A program made the translations under genes and the position numbers. DNA of 64,000 nt from Octopus bimaculoides (lineage: Eukaryota): positions 103,396,183 through 103,460,182 of the forward strand of contig NC_068985.1 in assembly GCF_001194135.2 (NCBI RefSeq), in the 5' to 3' direction. Positions 53,446 through 64,000 of this stretch are shown piece by piece; within the stretch, counting starts at the first letter, position 1; every line of letters starts with the position of its first letter. The notes below the pieces were generated by a model. The model was not told the origin of the DNA. It worked only from the letters and a program-made list of their open reading frames with translations, and searched no databases.

Positions 53446-53922
53446 CACCTTTCTTTCCTTCTCTGAGCGTCTGCTAATACTTTACATGTACCACGTCCTC
53501 TGGTTGTTTTTTGTGTTTGTTCTTCGTTTTTTTTTGTGTGGGGGGGATATATATATATACACACACACATATGTAGGTACACACATATGTGTGTATGTGT
53601 GTACCTATATTTATGCATGTATGAGTATGCGGGCCTATATACATGTGCGTAAAAAATATATCGATCAGCGTAAACAACATAAATAAAGAAAATAGAGAAT
53701 CTGATTGATGGTTGACAGAATAGGTGGAGCTTCGAAGAAAATATCTTTTTCCATTGAGTTATGTCCTTTTATCTCTAAGGTTAAATATCACCTAGTGATT
53801 TAAATTCAAAATAAGCGGGATATGACCATAGTTTTCATTTTTCAACAAAATTTGTTTTCCTTTTTCAACTTTCAGTGTTTCTAGATGTTTGTTTCTCATC
53901 TGCAGCGTACAACTTTAGGTTG

Positions 53923-53958
<36 letters not shown>

Positions 53959-54550
53959 ATTCATTATCCATCCACACCATTTGTAAATGAGAAAAAAAAA
54001 AGCAGTGAATAAGAAGGGGAGAACCGGTTTATTTTTATTTTTGTGACGCTTTGTACGCTACATAAACATACTTATTATGCATGAAGTTCAAACTAGGCAT
54101 CCCTTCTTAACATTGGATTGAATAGTAGGAATTCTGTTCACAAGGATTGTTGTTTTGCGTATGTATATAAAAGAACTGAATGAATTAGACGCTTCGTTAG
54201 TTTGTTTACACGTAGATTGAAACAATTTGGTGATTCGTTAGTTTACTTACACTTGATGACCGAAAGCGGGCCAAAAGGAACACTTGTAATACAATAATTA
54301 CGAAGGAGATATAAATACACTTCAAAGAAAATCTGACTTATTCAGTTACCTTTAAGTTTCTGTTTGTTTGATTCGTTGACATTTATTTGTTGTTGAAAGA
54401 TATAAACTTTAGCTGTCACGAATGATCGTTATTATTGCTATTATTATTTTAGAAAGTTAAAGAAGTGATTTTAAATTCTCAATCGCAGAATAATGCTAAT
54501 AATATAGTCTGAACAGGATAAACTATCCCTATTTTGCAGAGAAAAGTGTA

Positions 54551-54627
54551 GGTAGCTAGCTGTGGACTCGAACTCACATCCCCGTGATTACATGTCATGA
54601 TGCTTTGACCGATTAAGCTAAACTACC
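54551..54627 (-). tRNA. Degenerate tRNA-like sequence (anticodon TGT, Thr-like); pseudogene or SINE head
   Basis: GGTAGTT/AGCTACC acceptor stem, GCTT/AAGC D stem, CATGA-CATGTAA-TCACG anticodon arm with a mismatch, GTTCGAGTC B box; T stem imperfect. Confidence 0.45.
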
Positions 54628-54706
54628 CACTACAAATTCCTCTGCAAATTAAGATATATAAATCTCGCTTTATGAGACGCTCTCATATGTTAAATTCAAA
54701 TTACGA

Positions 54707-54726
54707 CAATTATTATTATTATTGCT

Positions 54727-54775
<49 letters not shown>

Positions 54776-54778
54776 CTA

Positions 54779-54834
<56 letters not shown>

Positions 54835-54849
54835 GTCATCATCATCATT
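54707..54849. repeat. (TAT)n/(CAT)n compound microsatellite
   Basis: Direct reading of the sequence. Confidence 0.95.
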
Positions 54850-55879
54850 GCTTTGCTTACAGGTGTTTACTTCGCCTCCGCGAAGGTTGGCTGAATTTTA
54901 TTGGAAATAATGTTTACTCTTGTTAATTCTTGTCGGATAAAGCTTCCCTAATTCGCTAGTGAAGAGGGAGTCCGCCAGACTTGTTCGGGGGTGCCTCTTG
55001 ACAGATGTTTACTACAACTGGCAGCAGAACAGAACAATTTCCACTACAGCGAAAAGACATGAGACGATGCCGCTGAAAAAGGACTGGAAAACTACAAGTG
55101 TTCCTAAGAATATTTTTATATCCATTTTGAATTCTCCCGCTAGAAAACACCAACCAGACTTTTATTTTCGGGGAGTTTTTCAATCTCCTTTATTAAGACC
55201 TTTGGGTAAGTTAAAGCAATTACTGTACAAGATCTAGGGCTTTTGTCTTTCATAATAATTTGCTGTTGGTTCTTTCTTATCTTCTTGTATGTATGTACAT
55301 GCTTGTATCTCAGAGAATGACACCATTTTTTTTTACCGGAGTCTCAGGGACATGTCTATATCCTGTTTCTACTCATAAAGTGCCTTCATTCTCTTGAATA
55401 TTTTCAAAAAGATATATGTAATAAACCCAATTATGTCTTTTGACATATTTCGATGCAACTATTGTGAGGCTTGTCAAAGTTCTCATCAAACTAGTCACAA
55501 AGCGACATATCAGCTTTGTATTCAGAACATATTGTGAAATAAGAGATATTAGTCCAATGTCACAATTACCAGGTTTTCAGTCTTTCTTTTGAAGTCAAGT
55601 GTGTCTCGATAGGGCCTGTTCTATTCTGGTTTATCTAATCCGTTTGGGAATTGTACGCCGATGGACTTCAGTTCTCATATGACTCCTTGCAGAAAAATGC
55701 CTTACAATTTCGTAACGATACCTCGTCCAACTCTGTATCAGTTTTGTGTACTGTCTCGATGTGAACAATGCCACTTCCTTCATTCATTTTAGGAATATAA
55801 AAGCGGTGTATTTCGACATTTGTGTCATGCAGTCTAAATAATTTTATCAATCGTGTCAGAAAAAAAACAAAGCAAAATT

Positions 55880-56477
55880 GATCACATCTAAAAGGTTATT
55901 AAACAAAGTTAAAAACTCAGAAAAAAATGACATGATTTGGTTTTTCTCAGATGAGAAAAACTTTGAACAGGACCAGAAAATTAACAATAAATAAATGACA
56001 GATGCTTATGTTCAGACTCTTCTGAAGTTCCATCAGTCATATGTACAAAATTTCTGCAACTCTCATGGGTTTTGGGGCTATCAGTAACGAAGGATATGTG
56101 ATACCTCGTCTCTTCTTTCCACAAAGCCTGAATAGAGAGAGTATACAATAGAAGGCCGTACGTATTTAAGCAGGACTCTGCACCATCCCATAAGGCTCAA
56201 AGCAACTCAAGGATGGATGGCTGACAATTTTCATGATCATATAACCCCTAACATTTGGCCTCCAAACTCACCAGATCTCAATCCCTTGGACTACTATGTG
56301 TCAAGCGCTTTTGAAAGAGAGGTCAATCAGCATCCCCATAACATCAAGGATTCTTTCAAAGTCGCCACAGTCAGTGTAATATGCAATATAAACCAGGGCC
56401 ATTTAATTCGGGTATGTAGACGTTTCAGATCTTGCCTAGAATCAGTTACTGATGCTGAAGGTAGCTACATTGAATAA
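55880..56477 (+). mobile_element. Second DD37D (maT-type) transposase relic, internally deleted
   Basis: WFFSDEKNFEQDQK...FKQDSAPSHKA/TQGWMADNFHDHITPNIWPPNSPDLNPLDYYV...AEGSYIE*. Confidence 0.88.
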
Positions 56478-57537
56478 AATTATAAAGAAGATAATCTAGC
56501 TTATATGTACAAATTTTTCATTAATAAAGTCGTCCCCTGTTATACGTATGATTTTCTCAAAAGATATATTTGTTCTCTAATGACTTACTCACCATGTAAT
56601 CCGAAATCATATGGGATCATGCAAAAAGGAATAAATTTAAACTTCAGCAGCAATAAGTATAGTAGCAACGATGGACACGTTTCAATCATGATAGCTGTCT
56701 CCAGCTAACAGAGCCAGTATTTACCAGGTCTAAGAGAACTGAGACATACAAATACATTGAATGAATGGACAACGATTGATTTGACAATTTAAAATAGTAC
56801 CGATGTGAATATGTCCCAGCGACTCTTTCTGCATGAAGAATATAGAGCTGAGTGCATGTGACTGTGCGGGCGTGTGTGTATGTGTGTGTTTGTGAGTGAG
56901 CGCGTGTCTGTCTCTGTGTGTATGTGTTTGTGTGTGTCACATTAAAATTGTGAGCCAAAGAATCTAATTAATTAAAATTACAAGACGTTCATCAATGACA
57001 CAACGTTTTGATATAGGCTTTCTCTCTTGTTGGTATAATTTCTTATCTAAATCATTGCGTTGTTCCAAGTTAATGAAAACCAAGTCATATTGCAATTACA
57101 GAAACTAACATTGCAAATGTGTTTGGGATTAGTTTCAGCATTATTATTTTACAGCATAAAACAGAGACATCATATGTTTCAACAGTTTTATTAACAAGCG
57201 CAAAAAGGATATAATGTAACAGTTGTTATAAATGTGATTGATACGTGTCACGAATATGAATTCAAAATCATTAGAAAGAAATAGAAATTAAGTTACAGTA
57301 TTATGTAGTAAAATAGTCATTTTTATAATGCGAAAGGATTCATATTGGTTCAATCGATACAATAATGATTTTAATGCAGTAAAATAAAGTACAACTGAAG
57401 ATGAATCGCCTGGTATTAAACTAATTTCTGGTTAATGGTCTATATATTTTTAGCAAAATTGCAATTTAATATTTTTAAAATAACAAAATCGGTTAATAAA
57501 TTTAAAGGTAGAAGCAATTCTTATTCCCTGGATTACA

Positions 57538-59038
57538 TTAATTTGTTTTCGCGCACAAAGAATGTGATTGAACGAGAGATTTAATTGCCATGTCTTTTAC
57601 TGACATTCTATCAATCTTGCCGTTTCGCAGTATTGGAAATTTGTCGAACTGTCGAACATAATCAGGGTTTGATGATATATAATCGAAATCGTTTGGCTGA
57701 GGAAGATTTTCCATGCAGAATTGAAGAATATTTTTCTCATTAAATTTTTTTCCAGGTCTCATAATGACGCAAGCACAAACACTTAATCCATGTACCTCAT
57801 CTGGTACAGGAACAACAACGATGTTATCAACGTCTGGGTGACCCAATATATGCTGCTCGACAAATCTAACCGATACTCTTCTAGCTGCCTTATGAATGTA
57901 GTCAACGTTTCTGCCTAGCAAAATTATTTCTTTATTTCCAGTCATTTTGCAAATGTCGCTTGTCTTAAACCATCCTTTGTCAAGAATTGATTTTCCGTCA
58001 GCATTCACTTTTGAGCACCATTTATTTCGTACACATAAATAACCTTCTTTACCGATATCGACAATTGTGTTATTATCGTCCACAATCTTAACTTCAGTAT
58101 TAGGAAATGGTCGCCCAATTATTCCAGGAACATATTCTCCGATGTTGTCCTTGGTTATTGCCATTGATCCAACTAAAAGAGTTTCAGAAGTTGCATGATG
58201 GCAATCAATCAACGATGCCCAAGTTAAACCTTGTTTCACCGCGTCAAAGGGAGCTATATCACCACCTATTCCTATGGAAGGTACAACGTTTTCTCCTGTA
58301 CAGAAACGTAAATCTGATGGTAGCATACTCAACCAAGTGCAACCCTCCATTTTCGAGATATCCCTCACTTTTGAAAAATCCTTTGGGCAGTGTAGGCTAC
58401 GTATATCTGCTGTGACATATTTACACCCAAATCCGATATATTGGTAAGGATATGACCCTCCAAAGCCAAGATAACGGTCATTGAAAACTGCATCTTTTGC
58501 TGTTATATCATATACATCACAATACATCTCAGCACAATTAATAATATCAAAGCTACTATGAGTAACCCGCTTAGGTTTTCCTGTTGATCCAGATGTTTGT
58601 GTAATAATTGTGATATCTTCAGGGTCCACTCGAGGAAGAATTATATTTAGATCGTTCTTTACCTTTTCTTTCATCGCATCTAAAGATAAACCTTTAATTT
58701 CTGAATCTGTGTTTGCAACAGTAATAGCAAGACGCAATTTTGGGAAAGTTTCACTGATTACCGTGCCATCTTCTAAGATATTTGCTAGTTTAAGTAATTT
58801 GTTGTAAAATGTTGGCTCTGAGCCAAAAATTACTGCTACACAATCTTCTAGCATGGGTAAGAAATCGGCTTGTCCAGCAACCAGTCTCACTGAACACCCT
58901 CCTGCCATCATAATGCCGCTGTCATATGCCATCCACTCAACACAATTCGATACACAGAGGGCAATTCGATCACCTTTCTTGATTCCTTGTTTGACAAGGG
59001 CTTTAGCAATACTCTCTGTTCCATCATAGAGTTGTTTC
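57538..59038 (-). CDS. Acyl-CoA synthetase / AMP-binding enzyme (ANL superfamily, ACSF2-like), exon 2; spliced product 548 aa
   Basis: tttcttgtaaag acceptor (AG at 59040-59039); P-loop QTSGSTGKPK, GRPFPNTEVKIVD, GWFKTSD, GRNVDYI, HPDV...VVVPVPDEVHG, A10 NGKIDR; stop at 57538-57540. Confidence 0.95.
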
Positions 59039-59914
59039 CTTTACAAGAAAAGAAAAAAGTAATAAAATCCATCATGAAATTTTATGTATAGTTTATAAAT
59101 ATAGTTTACAAATATAGATTACAAATTCTATCAAAAATGATTTAGTAGTAAAATACCGAATGAGTGTCTAGGTATTAAATATTAAACGAGTGTGGAATTA
59201 TTTTGATGTGATGGTTATGCCTTAAGCAAATGGAATGAAATAAACCCGAGGGGGATTAGATGCAAAAGTGAGAAGTTTAGCAGGCGATTCTCTGTGGGAT
59301 CTCCTTCTCATCTAGTGTTTACTTTCCAAGAACTACTAATTTCTGGTATAGGGTGTATTTAAATAATTTTAAAGTAACTTGCAAATTTCGACTTTTTTAA
59401 AATCATTTGGTATCAATTAATGTCATTGTTGTATGTAATCGATCTCTATAGCAATAACATCTCAGCTAAACTATTGGTTTCCATCAAGTAAAAAACAACT
59501 TGATTCATACTATTTCAGGAGGTTTGTCCAAGGAAGGATGTAGCTGAACAGAGTGTGTTACAGGCTTTTGAGTTTTAGACTAACATAGAAATTGAAAACT
59601 ACGATGCAGAAGGCTGATGTAGTGTTTCAATGGAATCTTTTAATCCTGCAAATTGTACCGAACGCTGTTCCTGATAAAATACTGAACTCAAATTTACTAA
59701 CATCTCCAAGCCTTGTTAATTCAAATTTTCTAATAGTTAAAATGCAATATAGTGATGTCCTGTCAGATAGACTGATGCCTCTAAATCATGTAAAACTAAA
59801 TCTGTGATGGCTCCAACACACTAAAAATACTTTCTGATCGAAAGTAGAAAAAAAAATCTGTCTTAAAAAATAGACAAAGAAAAAGAAAAGCGAAATAATA
59901 AAAAAAACACATAC

Positions 59915-60060
59915 CTTGTTAAATGAGTTCTCTGGAGTTTGCTGTCATAAAAAACTATTGCGTCTTTTTCTGGATCTTCAATAGCCAGTTGATGTATTTT
60001 TTCTGGAATAGTGATAAAGTTGAGCGGGTGCCTGGAGAGTGCGTGACAGTAACTTGCCAT
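59915..60060 (-). CDS. Acyl-CoA synthetase exon 1 (MASYCHALSRHPLNFITIPEKIHQLAIEDPEKDAIVFYDSKLQRTHLTR)
   Basis: ATG at 60060-60058 with an in-frame TGA 10 codons upstream; AG|gtatgt donor; phase-2 junction AG+G=Arg joins KQLYDG of exon 2; 146+1501=1647 nt. Confidence 0.9.
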
Positions 60061-60409
60061 TTCGCTGAAGGTTTGAACTTTCCGGGATCAAATTTTATTT
60101 TGTATGGTAAGCTGTTGATAAGAATTAGGTATATTTAATAATTAGATATTTGAGACGAATAAATCTACTGTATAAATGCAACAGTCTGACAAAAGTAAAA
60201 ACAAGCTGTGATAATTGTGTTAAACTCTTGAAAATGTGTCTTAACTTATTACACAGAAAGATTTGATGTGCATAATAATCTTCCCCACGAGCCTATGTCT
60301 AAGAAAAAATTGTACGTATTTATTTTAATTTGTATGAATCTTAATATACTTACCTTTTTTCACGCACCATGTTCTATATACATATATATATATATATTCT
60401 TTTGTTTGT

Positions 60410-60755
60410 TTTTGTCATTTGAGTGCGGCCATGCTGAAGCACCGGCGTTAATCGAGCAAATTGACCCCAGGACTTATTTTTCGTAAGCCTAGTTTTTATT
60501 CTATCGGTCTCTTCGCCGAACCGCTAAGTTATGGGGACGTAAACACACAACCATCGGTTGTCAAGCGATGTTGGGGGCGGGAGCAAACCCAGACACACAA
60601 ACATATACGACGGGCTTCTTTCAGTTTCCGTCTACCAAATCCACTCACAAGGCTTTGGTCGGCCCGAGGCTATAGTAGAAGACACCTGCCCGAGGTGCCA
60701 CACAGTGGGACTGAACCCAGGACCATGTGGTTAGTAAGTAAGCTACTTACCACCC
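60410..60755 (-). mobile_element. Composite tRNA-derived SINE ~350 bp upstream of the synthetase ATG
   Basis: Same family as 46975-47335; head (reverse strand) gtggtaagtagcttacttactaaccacatggtcctgggttcagtcccactgtg. Confidence 0.85.
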
Positions 60756-60822
60756 GAGGTAACGGGTGTTTGGTACCAAATTACACCGGAAATGTTAATG
60801 GACGAAAAGGGGAAGGCAAAAA

Positions 60823-60879
60823 AGTAGTAGCAGTAGTAGTAGTAGTAGCAGCAACAGCAGCAGCAGCAGTAGTAGTAGT

Positions 60880-60926
<47 letters not shown>

Positions 60927-60965
60927 TAACAACAACAGCAACAACAGCATCAATAACGATACAAT
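60823..60965. repeat. (TAG)n/(CAG)n/(CAA)n microsatellite
   Basis: Direct reading of the sequence. Confidence 0.95.
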
Positions 60966-61231
60966 AAAACCAAGCGACTTTTGAAAAAAGAAACAGGCCT
61001 TGATTCTAGCTGCCTAGGATTGTAACAATGTGATCGTCTCCAAACCTTTGTAAACTCACTAAGGAAATATTTTCATTCAGAGACTACATGTGGAATTCCC
61101 TCTTCACTTTCGCCATACATTCTACATAAAGCTCAAATGTTTTCTATATCTATATACTATTTTATGATGTAACTTGTTCTGACTGCTTCATCTTGTGCAA
61201 TTAGGATCAAACAATCAGAAGACAGATGGCT

Positions 61232-61467
61232 CTATGCAGAATGTGTGGTGAAAGAGAAGAGAGAATTGTGCATAAATTCTCTGAATGTAAAATGCTTGGC
61301 CAGAGAATTTACGAAAATTGGTGACATATCAAAGTTGCTACCATCATTCATAGGCGCATCCGTAACACATTTGGATTTCATTTTATATTTCAAATGATGT
61401 GACCATAAAACAGAATACGTCCTCGAAAACAACCACTTGCAGTTACTATGAGATATGAAAATTTAAA
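61232..61467 (+). mobile_element. R4/Dong-like (restriction-endonuclease type) LINE relic, CCHC zinc-knuckle region
   Basis: CRMCGEREERIVHKFSECKMLGQRIYENW*HIKVATIIH then, after a frameshift, DHKTEYVLENNHLQLL*DMKI. Confidence 0.7.
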
Positions 61468-61789
61468 ATTTTCCTTATTTAGCAACATATTGTTTTTCTT
61501 CGAACAATGATTTATAACATATGAAAATCTCTGAAGTTTTTGTCATCAAAGTGATGCGAGAAGTGTGTTAAGCAGGTTACACTATAGTAAAAACCGTGTG
61601 GGTTAGAATTTGAGAGATCGTTGGTTCACCGTCATCACACTACTTTTTCGAACTCACTGATATGGTATAAAATGGCAATGCATAATTACACACATGTATA
61701 CATACAAAATACACACATACAAAATACATACATACATACATAATTATTAGTTCGTCCGTCGTTGTCAACGGTGACCAAGTTTGTGATAT

Positions 61790-63180
61790 GGGAGAAGACG
61801 ATGCATGGTGTGTCAGGTTGTGACCAATCAGTCCGATGCGTGCTCGTGAGGCTCTGCCACAGGTCGAGCACTGATGGTTTGTAGGGACTAAAAACAAAGG
61901 AGTGTCTCTGGACTTGTATAGTTCGTATTTAATTTGTGCCCCCTGCGATCTTGTTCTGTTTGTAGGAAGTAACACCTCTGTTGGTGCAGCTTCGCCATGC
62001 AGGGTGATCATGAGCTTGTGTTTCCTAAGTGACGGCGTTGTTCTCAAAGCTCTTCAGTGCGACTTGGCGAGTCGCATATCAAGGTGGCCTGCCCACCTGA
62101 CTTGCGCTCTCCTCAGTTGTGTGTAAGTGTTTGGTAGATCAGCTCAAGTGAAGACCTCTGTGTCTGAGAGTTTGTCTTGCCAGGTGATTTTTCAACAATT
62201 TTCTCAAGCATTTTATGTGGAATCGGTTTAGCTTTTTGGCCTGGCGTTCGTTAACCGTCCAAGTCTCGCAGGTGCACATTAGCGTAGGCAGTACACCTTC
62301 AAGCTGGTACACTTTGAAGCTGGGGGTCAGCCTAATACTTCTCCATTCCCACACTGATTCACGTAGCTGCCCGAATGCTGAGCTTCCCTTGGTAATGCCT
62401 GCGCCGACTTCATCGTCAATGTTTACAGATTTGGGGAATGTGCTTTCTTATTTCTTTATGGCCCACAGGGGGCTAAACATAGAGGGGACAAACAAGGACA
62501 GACAAAGGGATTAAGTCGATTACATCGACCCCAGTGCGCAACTGGTACTTAATTTATCGAACCCCGAAATGATGAAAGGCAAAGTCAACCTCGGCGGAAT
62601 TTGAATTCAGAACGTTAAGTCAGACGAAATACTGCTAAGCATTTCGTCCTATGTGCTAACGTTTCTGCCAGCTCACCGCCTTCAGGACTTTCAGGGATTT
62701 CTATTCGAAAGTGATAGTTAGTTTCACAGGGCTTTCTATTCGAAAGTGATAGTTAGTCCCACATACAACTTCTGCAGGGTAGGTTGGTGCATGACCTCTA
62801 ACTTCTGAGTAGTGATTGTGAGGCCAAAGTTGTTGCAGGTAGTAGAAAGGCATTTTACACCCTGCTGAATCTGGGCCTCTGTGAAGGCGCTGAATGCGCA
62901 GTCGTTTTCGAACAGGAAATCGGAGACTGAGTCCTCTTCTGCCTTCATCTTGGCCTGTAGCCTCCGCAGCTTGAAGGGTCTGCCATTAGCCCCAAATCTG
63001 ATCGTGACACTGGCTTCTCGCTGACGACAATATGGTTGAGAACATGCTGAGCAATGTAGGTGTGTATACACAGGCCTGCTTAACTCCGTTAGTGACTGTG
63101 AATGTGTCGTAAGAATCTCCATTGTCCAGTAGTCGAGCGAGAATGCCGTCGTGAAACCATCACACCACGATGTTGGATTT
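61790..63180 (-). mobile_element. RTE-clade LINE (RT C-terminal part to 3' zinc finger), interrupted by a SINE at ~62440-62685
   Basis: FLFENDCAF...FGLTITTQKLEVMHQP; LMCTCETWTVNERQAKKLNRFHIKCLRKLL; HQCSTCGRASRARIGLIGHNLTH. Confidence 0.88.
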
Positions 63181-63559
63181 ATTTGGGCAGCATTACCGTT
63201 AATTCCATAATTATATACCGCCTTTCAAAGACTAATGCATGTTTAAATTACACCGATTAGTAATTGTTGCAATTGTAACCATTTGATAGTAGGGTTGCAG
63301 CTGCAGTGGTTACTAATTAGCGCAATTGAAATATGTCTTTGAAAGGGCTGTATATAATTATAGAATTAAAATGTGATGCTATTGCTGCATCGGAGTAATC
63401 CTTATTTTTAATATTGTCTATGTGTGTATGTATGTATGTATGTATGTATGCATGTATGTATGTATGTGTTTTTTTATTTTTTTATTTATGTGTTTCAGCC
63501 AAGTGGCTGCGGTCATGCTGGTGCACCACCGTGATATTCACGTTCCTCGCATGGCTCTT

Positions 63560-64000
63560 CTCCCCCACCTGACATGGTCCAATCAAGAGTGTTGATGGCA
63601 CATCTGGTGTATAAGAGAATTTGACATAGCTGCCCTAAACTGCGTCTCATTACGAGCCATTGGTTCGTCTGGTACCGTGGAGAGGAAAGTGTCAAGTTTT
63701 GTCTTGAAGACCTCCGTATCCATGTCTTGCATGTCTCTCAAATGTTTTGGCAGGGCATTGAAGAGCTGAGGTCCTCTGAAACCGAGGCTGCTGCAGTATC
63801 TCGTTCTTATGTGAGATGCCTTTGGTACCTTTGGCACCATGCAGTGGCGACCCGTGCGGGCATTCCTGTAGTACTTGATGCCAAAGTTTGGCACCAGTCC
63901 TTCCAGTATTTTCCATATGTATATTATTACATATCTCTCCCGCCTGCGCTCCAGGGAGTAGAGACCTAGTGCCTTCAGTCGCTCCCTGTAGTTCATCTGT
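63560..64000 (-). mobile_element. CR1-group LINE 3' end, continuing beyond the window
   Basis: NYRERLKALGLYSLERRRERYVIIYIWKILEG...LFNALPKHLRD...FKTKLDTFLSTVPDEP. Confidence 0.88.

Noticed and set aside
54672-54926. Poly-His/Tyr and poly-Ser/Leu ORFs (also poly-Tyr/Cys at 18881-19117 and poly-Val/Ala at 60461-60967)
   Set aside because: Translations of trinucleotide microsatellites and SINE sequence.
58107-58807. + strand ORFs overlapping the synthetase, and short alternative-frame ORFs within 30239-32523
   Set aside because: Antisense or off-frame shadows of real coding exons.

Overview
AT-rich, microsatellite- and SINE-dense eukaryotic scaffold with five N gaps. The repeat families suggest an octopus-type cephalopod (inference). 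Two intact protein-coding units can be supported. (1) The 3' part of a + strand single-pass type I membrane protein: four in-frame exons at 16036-16080, 21226-21351 (TM), 24397-24442 and 30224-32495, with an ~785-aa low-complexity cytoplasmic tail. Its ectodomain exons were not resolved. (2) A two-exon, 548-aa AMP-dependent acyl-CoA synthetase (ANL family, ACSF2-like) on the - strand (60060-59915 + 59038-57538), with several non-canonical motifs. A decayed tandem copy of this synthetase lies ~8 kb downstream of it (~49430-50670). The rest is intron/intergenic DNA with several SINE families and relics of RTE, CR1 and R4/Dong LINEs, DD37D (maT) and Tc1 transposons, and probably piggyBac and Penelope. 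Notable structures are a ~950-bp near-perfect palindrome, a 67-bp-arm intronic hairpin, and a type I hammerhead ribozyme with an intact core enclosed in a TA-flanked inverted-repeat element. No CRISPR array, rRNA or clearly functional tRNA was seen.
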